NCBI GenBank assembly: GCA_022763905.1 | Contig: JALERS010000129.1 | Coordinates: 1-52,819 of the forward strand | Origin: Prevotellaceae bacterium | GTDB taxonomy: Bacteria; Bacteroidota; Bacteroidia; Bacteroidales; Bacteroidaceae | Direction: 5' to 3' | Length of the DNA: 52,819 bases | In this document: positions 8,606-17,664 of the stretch, one piece after another | Position numbering within the stretch: position 1 is the stretch's first letter | Layout: each line of letters starts with the position of its first letter | Program-made: the position numbers and the translations under genes | Notes under the pieces: generated by a model | Database searches by the model: none | What the model was told of the DNA's origin: nothing | The model's input: only the letters and a program-made list of their open reading frames with translations

Positions 8606-8887
8606 TACGGGACAAAACCTAGTAAAATCATAGATTTTTCACTTGGGTTTCGTGAAACTTTCTCTCTGTTACCTTCCTGTCTCTGTGGATTCATCTGGAG
8701 AAACACTGTAGAGTTAGGAGGATTCCGAAAAGAAGTTTGTTATTCCGATGAGAGTCAATACCCTTATGAGAGTTCCTGTGGTTCTTTGAGCCATCTATGC
8801 CAAGGGAAGGGGGCTTTCCGATACACCTTAATTGCTACAATGTATGGACAGAGTCATTCAAGACAATCCCCACTGATTTTCTACTGA
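8606..8887 (+). pseudogene. 94-codon open frame with no start codon, ending in R repeat copy 1; possible decayed gene remnant
   Basis: The frame starting at 8606 is open from stop TAA 8603-8605 to TGA 8885-8887 and contains no usable ATG. It ends ...QGKGAFRYTLIATMYGQSHSRQSPLIFY*, which parallels the end of the next frame, ...WQGECLSYTPIATMLYCPLNFY*. Confidence 0.3.
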
Positions 8888-9230
8888 GCCCAAAGTTGTC
8901 CGAAATCTATAACGAGAAGATTGCCGATGCACAAGTAGCCTACTATGAAACACTAGACAAGGAAGCCTACGATGATGCTGTCAGATTCCTTTGTTCCGAT
9001 TCAGGCTACTCCTTGATGGAGAAAACACCTACTGGGCAGCTGTAATGAAAACCATCCCGTATCATTCCGACAACTATGTTGCAGAAATGCCTAAGTACCT
9101 CAATAAGTATCTACATTCCAGTAGTCTAATGAAAACTTCTGTGAGTCTTCGAAGCCATTTGTGGCAAGGGGAGTGTTTGTCATACACCCCGATTGCCACA
9201 ATGTTATATTGTCCACTCAATTTCTACTGA
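8797..9230 (+). pseudogene. frame-shifted ORF pair (8797-9045 and 8991-9230); possible decayed gene of unknown family
   Basis: Two overlapping ORFs in different frames read plausibly as one product if a frameshift near 9010 is repaired (...CSDSGYS / LLDGENTYWAAVMKTIPYHSDNYVAEMPKYLNKY...). I recognise no family. Confidence 0.3.
8801..8888 (+). repeat. R repeat, copy 1
   Basis: CAAGGGAAGGGGGCTTTCCGATACACC...ATTCAAGACAATCCCCACTGATTTTCTACTGAG. It aligns with 9165-9231 (same orientation, internal deletion of about 17 nt) and with the reverse complement of 52305-52418. Confidence 0.7.
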
Positions 9231-9231
9231 G
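9165..9231 (+). repeat. R repeat, copy 2
   Basis: CAAGGGGAGTGTTTGTCATACACCCCGATTGCCACAATGTTATATTGTCCACTCAATTTCTACTGAG. Confidence 0.7.
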
Positions 9232-9261
9232 ATGGAAAATGATTCTGAAGTAAGAGGAAGA

Positions 9262-10119
9262 TTATCCGTAGATGATATGTCCGTTCTCGTCCTTGTAGGG
9301 ATCAAGGTCCTTGGCATATTGATTCATGGCTCGGAGACTCATACCCATGGAAGAGAAACCTCCGTCATGGAATAGGTTCTGCATGGTCACTTTGCGGGTG
9401 AAGTCGGAGAACATCATGACGCAATAGTCAGCACACTCGTCGGCGGTGGCATTACCTAGAGGAGACATCTTGTTGGAGAAGTCCATCAGATTATCCATGT
9501 CCTTGATGCCTTTGCCTGCAGTAGTAGGAGTGGGTGACTGGGAGATAGTATTGATGCGGACATTCTTCTCTCGGCCATAGATGTAACCGAAACTGCGTGC
9601 GATACTTTCCAGCATGCTCTTGGCATCGGCCATATCATTGTAGCCAAAGAATGTACGCTGTGAGGCTACATATGTCAAAGCAACAACAGAACCATATTCA
9701 GCAATGGCATCCTGTTTCTTGGCAACCTGAAGCATTTTGTGGAATGAGATGGCTGAAATATCCAGGGTCTTTTGGAGGTAACTATAATCAAGGTCATCGT
9801 AAGTGCGATGTTTGCGCACATTAGGGCTCATGCCAATGGAATGAAGGACAAAGTCAATCTTTCCACCCAGCAGTTTGACGGATTCCTCAAAAACCTTCTG
9901 AAGATCCTCCACACTGGTGGCATCTGCTGCAATGACAGGAGCATCCAGTTGCTGACTCAAGTCGTTGAGTTCTCCCATGCGTAATGCCATAGGGGTATTG
10001 CTCAGAGTGATTCTGGCACCTTCTTCAACAGCCTTCACGGCTACTTTCCATGCAATTGAGTCTGAATTGAGCGCTCCAAAAATAATACCGCGCTTACCTT
10101 TTAATAAATTGTGAGACAT
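9262..10119 (-). CDS. fabI: enoyl-[acyl-carrier-protein] reductase (NADH) FabI
   Basis: 285 aa with an N-terminal LKGKRGIIFGALNSDSIAWKVA Rossmann motif. It is SDR-type with the typical FabI length and layout. Confidence 0.9.
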   Translation of the reverse strand: MSHNLLKGKRGIIFGALNSDSIAWKVAVKAVEEGARITLSNTPMALRMGELNDLSQQLDAPVIAADATSVEDLQKVFEESVKLLGGKIDFVLHSIGMSPNVRKHRTYDDLDYSYLQKTLDISAISFHKMLQVAKKQDAIAEYGSVVALTYVASQRTFFGYNDMADAKSMLESIARSFGYIYGREKNVRINTISQSPTPTTAGKGIKDMDNLMDFSNKMSPLGNATADECADYCVMMFSDFTRKVTMQNLFHDGGFSSMGMSLRAMNQYAKDLDPYKDENGHIIYG

Positions 10120-10155
10120 GTTTTGATTGTAATAGTAATAGATTTATTTTCGGCA

Positions 10156-10163
10156 CAAAATTA
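10156..10163 (-). promoter_or_regulatory. -7 box TAATTTTG (minus strand) upstream of fabI
   Basis: The plus-strand CAAAATTA lies 37 nt upstream of the fabI ATG at 10119. Confidence 0.5.
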
Positions 10164-10320
10164 CGAATTTCGTGCAACATGTACAAGTCTTTTGCTTTTT
10201 ATTGAATATTTACGGATGTAAGGGTCTTGGAATGAATACTTATTGGGATATGTGCAGATGAGAAAATACAGAAGGAACAAATTAAATTGTGACGAAAGTA
10301 AGTGGCTCGAAAAAAAAGTA

Positions 10321-10328
10321 TAACTTTG
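10321..10328 (+). promoter_or_regulatory. -7 box TAACTTTG upstream of the PD40-like gene
   Basis: TAnnTTTG match 50 nt upstream of the ATG at 10378. Confidence 0.5.
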
Positions 10329-10377
10329 CATACAAGCAGATATTATACATTGTTTAATAGCAAGTAGATTTGAAATT

Positions 10378-11283
10378 ATGAAACGGATTGCATTCCTTCT
10401 ATCCTTTCTTATCATCATGGTCGCTCATGGCAGAATGTTCAAGAAGGTAGAGATGATAAAAGTACCGGGAACGGATGTCACAGACATCAAACTGGCAGGT
10501 GTTAGTCCTACTGGTGAATATGCATTGGTGACCACAGCCAACAATGTAGGTCTCTCCAAGGTGATGCTTGAGTCAGGGGAGAGTGTGCGCATTACCCGGG
10601 CATTGGGAGCAGGTATCCAACCTGAGGTTTCCGCTGACGGAAAGAAGGTGATATATAGAGAAGTGACATATGGAGAGAATCACCGACGCTCTACAGCTTT
10701 GAAGACGATATCTTTGGAGGACGGAGCGTGCAAGGATTTGTGTGCTCCCGTCCGAAGAGTACAACCATACGGATTTGTTGGAGAGGAAGCCTATGTAATC
10801 AGTGAGAATTCTTCCCTGAAAAGTAAGAGTTTGGTATCTGCTACGAATCAGGTGACGGTTTATTTGAAAGACCTTCAGCTCATGGTGAACCAAGGAGGAA
10901 AGGAAACTTGCCTGTCACCCAACGGGACAGATGTGAATTACCTCTGGCCTTCACTTTCTCCCGACGGACGTTATATCCTTTATTATGTGAGCGAAAAAGG
11001 CGCTTATGTGTGCAATCTGGATGGCAGTGGAGTGAAGTTTATTGCCTATGATTGCCGAGCTCCGCAATGGTATGACAACAATACGGTGGTGGGTATGAAT
11101 GACAAGGATAATGGTCAGACTGTCCTGACTTCTTCTATTGTAGCATACACACTTGATGGAGAAAGTCAGTCTCTCACGGAGGAAACTGCTTGTTTGATGT
11201 ATCCCTATTGTGTTGCAGAGAAAAATATGATTGTATGCTCTTCCCTTGCAGGAGGACTCTATTGCCTTATGTTGGACCGTTGA
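10378..11283 (+). CDS. secreted PD40/TolB-like beta-propeller repeat protein
   Basis: 301 aa with signal peptide MKRIAFLLSFLIIMVAHG. It carries repeated S(P/A)DG(K/R)xhxY motifs (VSADGKKVIYRE, LSPDGRYILYYV) typical of WD40-like/PD40 repeats. Confidence 0.5.
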   Translation: MKRIAFLLSFLIIMVAHGRMFKKVEMIKVPGTDVTDIKLAGVSPTGEYALVTTANNVGLSKVMLESGESVRITRALGAGIQPEVSADGKKVIYREVTYGENHRRSTALKTISLEDGACKDLCAPVRRVQPYGFVGEEAYVISENSSLKSKSLVSATNQVTVYLKDLQLMVNQGGKETCLSPNGTDVNYLWPSLSPDGRYILYYVSEKGAYVCNLDGSGVKFIAYDCRAPQWYDNNTVVGMNDKDNGQTVLTSSIVAYTLDGESQSLTEETACLMYPYCVAEKNMIVCSSLAGGLYCLMLDR

Positions 11284-11302
11284 GTAATACCGGAAAAGAG
11301 AA

Positions 11303-13210
11303 ATGAACACTGCTAATAGACAGAATAATCCAATGAAACAGATTATCTTCATGAAATCCAGACTGTTTGTGATACTCAATATTATGTTTTCCCTTGCCTT
11401 TTCCATGGAAGCTCAGCAGACAAGGGTGTATATCAATCCTGGTCATGGTAGCTGGGGACCTAATGACCGTCCTATGGCAACTATTCCTTATCCGATGCTT
11501 TCGTCTACGGGTCGTCCTGATACATGTGGCTTCTATGAGTCGAATACTAACCTGTGGAAATGTGAAGAACTTGCCAAACGCCTGCAGCAGGCTGGTTATC
11601 AGATTAAGATGTCGCGTTATGCCAATGGTCCCTTTCCATATGTAGCGGGGGCGGCAGATGCTGAAAAATACAATAAGAAACTAAGTGTGATATGTGCGGA
11701 AGTGGATGCGTGGGATAGTGATCTCTTCCTGTCTGTCCATTCCAATGCCGCTTCGGAAGGTAGTACTGCCAATTATCCGCTTTTCCTCTACAGAGGATAT
11801 GATTCGCAAGAATTGGTACCTGGCAGTAAAGCAATGGCGCAGGCTATGTGGCCCTATCTGGTGGAAGCCATGAAACAAGGCCTGGAAAACCAAACAGCCT
11901 ACAAGACATCGACCAACATCAGAGGAGACATCAATTTCTACAATAGTTCTTCTACGACGGGCTACTTGGGAGTGCTCAAACACTCTACAACGGGATTCCT
12001 CTCCGAAGGTTATTTCCATACTTATCAACCTGCACGCCACAGGGCACTCAACCGAGACTGGTGCCGTCAGGAGGGACTTCGCTATTTCAGGGGTATCGTG
12101 GCTTACTGCGGAACAGATGCGGATACCAAGGGATATATACTGGGGGTAGTGAAGGATAAGACACGCACCATGGATGGATATAGCCTATATAAATATGCCA
12201 GTGGAACGCATGATGCTTATTTGCCCGTGAATGGAGCGCAGGTGAGATTGAGAACTGAAGAAGGTGAACTTGTGCAGGTATATGATGTGGACAAAAACTA
12301 CAATGGTGTATTCTCGTTTTTTGACTTGAAGCCAGGTACCTATTACCTCGATTTCAAAGCCCCAGGATATGCCACCCAACAAGGCATTACCAACAAGATT
12401 CAAGTCCAGGCTAATGCAACAACATATCCCATTATATATATGACACCTGGTATCTCTTCCGACTGGGAAAAAGTGGATGGTTCGGTGAAGGTAGATGTTC
12501 AAGGATACGGAAAAGTGACACTGAACGGAGAAGTAATGGGGGCGACTGCCAATACCAAGGTGGAAGTAGGTAGCAAGGCTGTCTTTACGTTTGAACCGGA
12601 AGAGGGAGCTTACTTGGAATCTCTTACTCTCAATGGTGAGAATGTTATGGATATGATAGTGGATAATGTGCTGACTATTGATAAGGTGAGTTGTAACCTC
12701 AATCTTGTGGCAGTCTTTAAGAAATATACCTATGAGCTTTCCATCCTCTGTGGTTCTCATGGAAAACTGATATTACCTGACACCATATACACCGCAGGAC
12801 TGAAAAGTTATACTGTGGAATATGACGACAGTGTCAGAATAGCTATCCAGCCCGATGAAGGCTACGAAGTGAAATCGGTCAAATGGAATGGCACCAATGT
12901 AATGGATGACATAGTGGACAATAGTTACACCATCCGCAATATTAAGAGCAACCAAAAATTCCAAGTAACCTTTACCGTGGCTACGGGTATTGAAATGAAT
13001 GCACATAAACTACTACAAGTAGTGGGCGGAAAGGGACATATCAAGATTACTGGCGCAAAGTGTGGTGTACCCCTGTCAGTCATGGATACATCAGGAAAAG
13101 TGCTATATGAGACCTTGACAGATGGTACGGATTCCCAATTGACTCCTTGTGCAACCGGTGTCTATGTGGTAAGTGTAGGTCCCAATACTTTCAAGGTGAA
13201 AGTGAGATGA
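11303..13210 (+). CDS. N-acetylmuramoyl-L-alanine amidase (Amidase_3-like) with two internal repeat domains and a T9SS C-terminal sorting domain
   Basis: It has an INPGHG...LFLSVHSNAASEGS amidase core and two tandem domains of about 80 aa, (E/D)EG(A/Y)(L/E)(E/V)(S/K)...NG(E/T)NVMD(M/D)IVDN. The C-terminal beta-rich tail ...TGVYVVSVGPNTFKVKVR is typical of Por/T9SS CTDs. The start is ambiguous: ATG 11303, or internal MKQ/MKSRLFV. Confidence 0.75.
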   Translation: MNTANRQNNPMKQIIFMKSRLFVILNIMFSLAFSMEAQQTRVYINPGHGSWGPNDRPMATIPYPMLSSTGRPDTCGFYESNTNLWKCEELAKRLQQAGYQIKMSRYANGPFPYVAGAADAEKYNKKLSVICAEVDAWDSDLFLSVHSNAASEGSTANYPLFLYRGYDSQELVPGSKAMAQAMWPYLVEAMKQGLENQTAYKTSTNIRGDINFYNSSSTTGYLGVLKHSTTGFLSEGYFHTYQPARHRALNRDWCRQEGLRYFRGIVAYCGTDADTKGYILGVVKDKTRTMDGYSLYKYASGTHDAYLPVNGAQVRLRTEEGELVQVYDVDKNYNGVFSFFDLKPGTYYLDFKAPGYATQQGITNKIQVQANATTYPIIYMTPGISSDWEKVDGSVKVDVQGYGKVTLNGEVMGATANTKVEVGSKAVFTFEPEEGAYLESLTLNGENVMDMIVDNVLTIDKVSCNLNLVAVFKKYTYELSILCGSHGKLILPDTIYTAGLKSYTVEYDDSVRIAIQPDEGYEVKSVKWNGTNVMDDIVDNSYTIRNIKSNQKFQVTFTVATGIEMNAHKLLQVVGGKGHIKITGAKCGVPLSVMDTSGKVLYETLTDGTDSQLTPCATGVYVVSVGPNTFKVKVR

Positions 13211-13226
13211 ATAATTACTGAATAAT

Positions 13227-13748
13227 ATGGACAAGAAGTATATTGAACTGATTAGGACTGTTCCTGATTTTCCTGTCAAGGGAATCAATTTCTTTGACTG
13301 GATGCCTGTTATGGGATGTCCCGATGCTTTGTCGTTGTTGATAGACGACATGCTAGAACTCGTCAAGGGTGGCAACTTTACCAAGGTGGCTGCTTTGGAA
13401 TCGAGAGGATATCTGTTAGGATTGCCTATGGCGGAAAGACTGGGAATAGGATTCGTACCTGTTAGGAAGCAAGGCAAATTGCCTGGCAAATGTCTTCGTC
13501 AGGAATATTTGCTGGAATATGGAAGTGATGCCATAGAGATACAGGAGGATGCCATCAGAAATGATGACCGAGTACTGATAGTAGACGACCTGCTGGCAAC
13601 GGGTGGCACCATGAATGCGGCCAACGAACTGATAGCACGTATTACTCCCAATATCACAGACGCATTTTTTATCGAATTGACAGATATCGGAGGAGGACAA
13701 AAACTGAAGTACCCTTATTGCTCTCTGCTCAAAATGGAGGAGAAGTGA
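13227..13748 (+). CDS. apt: adenine phosphoribosyltransferase
   Basis: 173 aa with the PRPP-binding motif VLIVDDLLATGGT. Confidence 0.9.
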   Translation: MDKKYIELIRTVPDFPVKGINFFDWMPVMGCPDALSLLIDDMLELVKGGNFTKVAALESRGYLLGLPMAERLGIGFVPVRKQGKLPGKCLRQEYLLEYGSDAIEIQEDAIRNDDRVLIVDDLLATGGTMNAANELIARITPNITDAFFIELTDIGGGQKLKYPYCSLLKMEEK

Positions 13749-14692
13749 TGCAGTTTCGAAGAGGAATGGATTGCTCTTCTGTACGAAGGGCGATGATGGG
13801 TTGGATGGCCATATTGCTAATGATGCCGTTGGCTCATGCGCAGATGCGTACTCGGCAGATGGATTACATCAACCAGTACACTAATATGGCAGTTGATCAG
13901 ATGAGACGATACAAGATTCCTGCTAGTATCACGTTAGCGCAAGGACTATTGGAGAGTGGTGCGGGGACAAGTCGGTTGGCAAGAGTGGGTAATAACCATT
14001 TCGGTATCAAATGCGGTTCTTCGTGGAAAGGTCCCTACATGTTGGTCAATGATGATGCTCCCAATGAGCACTTCCGTGTCTATTCCAGTGCGGAACAATC
14101 TTATGAAGACCATTCTCTGTTTCTATGTAAGAATTCCAGATATGCCCGTCTGTTCACGTTGAAAATCACTGATTATAAGGGATGGGCTCATGGACTTAAG
14201 GCGGCAGGCTATGCTACCAACCCTAATTATGCCTACAATCTGATACAACTCATTGAAAATTTCAACCTGTCACAGATAGACCAAAGAGCACTCTCGGGAG
14301 GTTCCTATAAATCGTTCAAGAAAAGCGGAGAGAAATTTTCCAGTTTCAAACATAAATTATATTCTTGCAATAAGACACTTTACGTGTTTGCCAACGAGGG
14401 AGATACCTTCAAAAGCTTGTCTAAAGAATTTGGTATTTCCAAAAAACATTTGCAAGAGTATAATGAGGTAGGGAAAGACTATGAGCCCCAAAAAGGAGAA
14501 GTGGTCTTTCTGGGTAAAAAGCAGAAAAAGGCGGACAAGAGCCTAAAAGGTGTGTGGCACAAGGTTAAACCGGGAGAATCTATGCATAGTATCAGTCAAC
14601 ACTATGCCATAAGGATGAAAACACTGTACAAGACCAATTTCAAATCTGCTGACTACGTTCCGCAGGTGGGAGATTTGCTTTTGGTACGTTGA
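13748..14692 (+). CDS. glucosaminidase-domain peptidoglycan hydrolase with C-terminal LysM repeats
   Basis: IPASITLAQGLLESGAGTSRLA...NNHFGIKC matches mannosyl-glycoprotein endo-beta-N-acetylglucosaminidase-like sequence. Two LysM-like segments are present (YVFANEGDTFKSLSKEFGIS, HKVKPGESMHSISQHYAI). The start is taken at ATG 13748, which overlaps the apt stop (TGATG). Confidence 0.75.
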   Translation: MQFRRGMDCSSVRRAMMGWMAILLMMPLAHAQMRTRQMDYINQYTNMAVDQMRRYKIPASITLAQGLLESGAGTSRLARVGNNHFGIKCGSSWKGPYMLVNDDAPNEHFRVYSSAEQSYEDHSLFLCKNSRYARLFTLKITDYKGWAHGLKAAGYATNPNYAYNLIQLIENFNLSQIDQRALSGGSYKSFKKSGEKFSSFKHKLYSCNKTLYVFANEGDTFKSLSKEFGISKKHLQEYNEVGKDYEPQKGEVVFLGKKQKKADKSLKGVWHKVKPGESMHSISQHYAIRMKTLYKTNFKSADYVPQVGDLLLVR

Positions 14693-14736
14693 GAAACTAA
14701 TAGGAAATGAACCATTAGATAGAAAAACCAATTAGA

Positions 14737-15594
14737 ATGATTATCAAGAACAAGATACGCTGGACACTGCCCAAAGGAAAAAATGCTTCCGAACTGGACA
14801 GGAAGATTATGGCGATTCAGGAGAAAGGGCATTTGGTGCCCACACGTAGTTTGATAAAAACAAAGGCCCAAATAGAAGGAATACGTGAGAGTGGGAAAAT
14901 TAATACAGGTGTGCTGGACTTTGTGGCTGAGCATATCAAGGCGGGGATAACCACTGCCGATATAGACAAGATGGTCTATGCGTACACTACTGACCATGAT
15001 GCCATTCCCGCTCCCCTCAACTACGAAGGATTTCCCAAGAGTGTATGTACCAGTATTAATGAGGAGGTGTGTCACGGTATACCTGGCACTGATATCGTTT
15101 TGGAAGAAGGTGATATTGTCAATGTAGATGTATCAACCATCTACAAGGGGTATTATAGTGATGCCAGTCGTATGTTTATCATAGGGAAGACATCGCCCGA
15201 GAAAGAAAAACTGGTGAGAGTGGCCAAAGAATGCCTTGACCTCGGTGCTGCTGCTGCCCATCCTTTCGGTTTTGTGGGAGATATTGCGGAAGCCATTACT
15301 ACTCATGCGCATCAAAACGGCTATCAGGTTGTGAGAGATTTTTGCGGGCACGGGGTAGGACTTGAATTTCATGAAGAACCCGAAGTGTGTCATTATGGAA
15401 AAGCGGGAACAGGAATGTTGCTGGTTCCTGGCATGGTCTTCACTATAGAACCAATGATTAATATGGGGACATGGGAAATCTTTATTGACGAAGAAACTGG
15501 TTGGACAGCTGTCACAGAGGACGAACTTCCAAGTGCTCAGTGGGAACATACCTTCCTGATGACTGACAACGGACTGGAAATCCTTACACATTGA
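14737..15594 (+). CDS. map: type I methionyl aminopeptidase
   Basis: 285 aa with VCHGIP, D-V-D metal ligands, FCGHGVG and the typical EPM/EHT motifs. Confidence 0.95.
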   Translation: MIIKNKIRWTLPKGKNASELDRKIMAIQEKGHLVPTRSLIKTKAQIEGIRESGKINTGVLDFVAEHIKAGITTADIDKMVYAYTTDHDAIPAPLNYEGFPKSVCTSINEEVCHGIPGTDIVLEEGDIVNVDVSTIYKGYYSDASRMFIIGKTSPEKEKLVRVAKECLDLGAAAAHPFGFVGDIAEAITTHAHQNGYQVVRDFCGHGVGLEFHEEPEVCHYGKAGTGMLLVPGMVFTIEPMINMGTWEIFIDEETGWTAVTEDELPSAQWEHTFLMTDNGLEILTH

Positions 15595-15600
15595 CCATCT

Positions 15601-16635
15601 ATGAACAGGAAAGATGATATAGTCATACTGGGCATTGAGTCTAGTTGTGATGACACTTCTGCGGCCGTGATATGTAACGGATTCCTAAAAAGCAATGTGA
15701 CCGCTAGTCAAAAAGTGCATGAAGCCTATGGGGGTGTGGTCCCGGAATTAGCTTCCAGAGCACATCAACAGAATATTGTTCCTACTGTGGATCAAGCCAT
15801 TGTGCAGGCAGGCATTTCCCGAGAGGATATCTCGGCTATTGCTTTTACACGTGGTCCCGGACTTTTAGGTTCCTTGCTGGTGGGAGTGTCTTTTGCCAAA
15901 GGACTCTCGGTTTCGTTAGGATGTCCTATGGTAGAAGTAGACCATCTACAGGGACATGTGCTGGCCCATTTTATTCGTGAAGAAGGCAAGACGAGAGATA
16001 TTCCGCAGTTTCCCTTTCTTTGTCTGCTGGTTAGTGGAGGCAATTCACAAATTATTCGTGTGAACGCCTATAACGATATGGAGATACTGGGACAGACTAT
16101 TGATGATGCCGCAGGAGAGACCATTGACAAATGTTCAAAATTCATGGGACTGGGCTATCCGGGAGGTCCTATAATTGACAGACTGGCCAGAAAAGGAAAT
16201 CCAAAGGCTTTTGTCTTCAACAAACCCCATATTGAAGGACTTGATTACAGTTTCAGTGGACTGAAGACCTCTTTTTTGTACTTCTTGGAAGATAAAGTTA
16301 AAGAAGACCCAGCATTTGTTGAGAAAAACAAGGAAGACCTGGCAGCCTCTCTAGAAAAGACAGTGGTCGACGTGCTGATGCAGAAATTGGTGAAAGCTGT
16401 CAAGATGACAGGTATTAAAAGCGTGGCCGTGGCAGGTGGGGTTTCTGCTAATACCTGCTTGAGAAATGCTTTCCTTGAAAATGCTGGAAAGAAAGGATGG
16501 AAGGTCTATATCCCACCCTTCTCTTACACTACTGATAATGGGGCTATGATTGCTATGGCAGGCTATTTTAAATATTTAGATAGACAATATTGTCCCCTGG
16601 ACCTACCTGCCTATTCCAGGACGACCAATAAATAA
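15601..16635 (+). CDS. tsaD: tRNA N6-adenosine threonylcarbamoyltransferase TsaD
   Basis: 344 aa with ILGIESSCDDTSAAV, GGVVPELASRAH and VAGGVSAN motifs. Confidence 0.95.
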   Translation: MNRKDDIVILGIESSCDDTSAAVICNGFLKSNVTASQKVHEAYGGVVPELASRAHQQNIVPTVDQAIVQAGISREDISAIAFTRGPGLLGSLLVGVSFAKGLSVSLGCPMVEVDHLQGHVLAHFIREEGKTRDIPQFPFLCLLVSGGNSQIIRVNAYNDMEILGQTIDDAAGETIDKCSKFMGLGYPGGPIIDRLARKGNPKAFVFNKPHIEGLDYSFSGLKTSFLYFLEDKVKEDPAFVEKNKEDLAASLEKTVVDVLMQKLVKAVKMTGIKSVAVAGGVSANTCLRNAFLENAGKKGWKVYIPPFSYTTDNGAMIAMAGYFKYLDRQYCPLDLPAYSRTTNK

Positions 16636-16642
16636 TCCGTAG

Positions 16643-17146
16643 ATGAAACTTCGTGAGAAAGTATTAGCTCGGGAAATCAATCGTCTGATGTGGCACAAAG
16701 GAAAGACCCTGTCGACGGCAGAAAGCTGCAGTTGTGGAAGGTTAGCTACTGCTCTTTCAGAGTATCCTGGAAGTTCTGAATACTTTAGAGGGGGAATAGT
16801 GTGCTACACTGATGAGATGAAGAGCCGATACCTGAATGTTCCTTCAGAATTGCTGGCAGAAAAGACTGCCGTTTGTAAAGAAGTAGCAGTGGCCATGGTG
16901 AAAGGTGCCATTGAAATGTTTTCGACGGACTATGCAGTAGCTATGACAGGCATTGCCGGACCTAGTGGTGCTTCGGAATCCATTCCTGTGGGTACTATAT
17001 GGATGGCATATGGCAAGAAGGGAAAGGTGCACACATACTGTATGCAGAAAGACCAAGGACGTGATGTCAATGTTCAGGAGGCGGTAAATAAATTGCTCGT
17101 TCTGTTCATAGACTATTTGAAAGAGGATGAGCATATTGCCTCATGA
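16643..17146 (+). CDS. CinA-family nicotinamide-nucleotide amidohydrolase (PncC-like domain)
   Basis: 167 aa with TAESCSCGRLA and AVAMTGIAGPSG motifs of the CinA C-terminal domain. Confidence 0.85.
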   Translation: MKLREKVLAREINRLMWHKGKTLSTAESCSCGRLATALSEYPGSSEYFRGGIVCYTDEMKSRYLNVPSELLAEKTAVCKEVAVAMVKGAIEMFSTDYAVAMTGIAGPSGASESIPVGTIWMAYGKKGKVHTYCMQKDQGRDVNVQEAVNKLLVLFIDYLKEDEHIAS

Positions 17147-17324
17147 TGGGCGCGTAAAAATCTGTTGTGGAATGTGGGATGCAAGTGAGGAAGTGTATTC
17201 TGTGTTTTCCAGTAGTAGGTCTGTGATGTATATTAGGATGCCTTTGAAGGTGTTGTTGACGATGACAAGATAGAAATTATAGAAAAAAATACTCCATAAG
17301 GTTGGTAGAATCAATAATTAATGC

Positions 17325-17332
17325 TAACTTTG
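17325..17332 (+). promoter_or_regulatory. -7 box TAACTTTG upstream of rpmB
   Basis: TAnnTTTG match 54 nt upstream of the ATG at 17386. Confidence 0.55.
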
Positions 17333-17385
17333 CACTCCGAATCGGAATATCACCATAAGAAAATAACAAAAAAATATATCGTAAC

Positions 17386-17646
17386 ATGTCTAAGATTTGT
17401 CAGATTACCGGAAAAAAGGCAATGATTGGAAACAATGTTTCTCATTCAAAGCGTCGCACAAAGCGTAGTTTTGATGTGAACTTGTTCAAGAAGAAGTTCT
17501 ACTATGTAGAAGAAGATTGCTGGATTAGCCTTACCATCAGCGCAGCTGGTTTGAGATTGATTAACAAGATTGGCCTCGATGCCGCTTTGAAGAGCGCAGT
17601 GGAGAAGGGATATTGTGAGTGGAATGATATTAGAGTAATCGCATAA
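17386..17646 (+). CDS. rpmB: 50S ribosomal protein L28
   Basis: 86 aa beginning [27 protein letters not shown], a canonical L28 N-terminus. Confidence 0.95.
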   Translation: MSKICQITGKKAMIGNNVSHSKRRTKRSFDVNLFKKKFYYVEEDCWISLTISAAGLRLINKIGLDAALKSAVEKGYCEWNDIRVIA

Positions 17647-17664
17647 CGTAATACAGAGCATATT

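Noticed and set aside
8198-8692. DnaA-box-like sequences (TTATCCAAT at 8198-8206, TGTGGATTC at 8684-8692) in the ORF-free gap, considered as a possible replication origin together with the iteron-like 22-mers
   Set aside because: Both are only 7/9 matches to TTATCCACA. There are just two, about 480 nt apart. No AT-rich unwinding element is adjacent, and no dnaA or dnaN gene is nearby.
10161-10418. 85-aa minus-strand ORF in the fabI / PD40-gene divergent promoter region
   Set aside because: It spans an AT-rich intergenic region containing promoter boxes for both flanking genes and overlaps the start of the plus-strand gene. Its composition is low-complexity.
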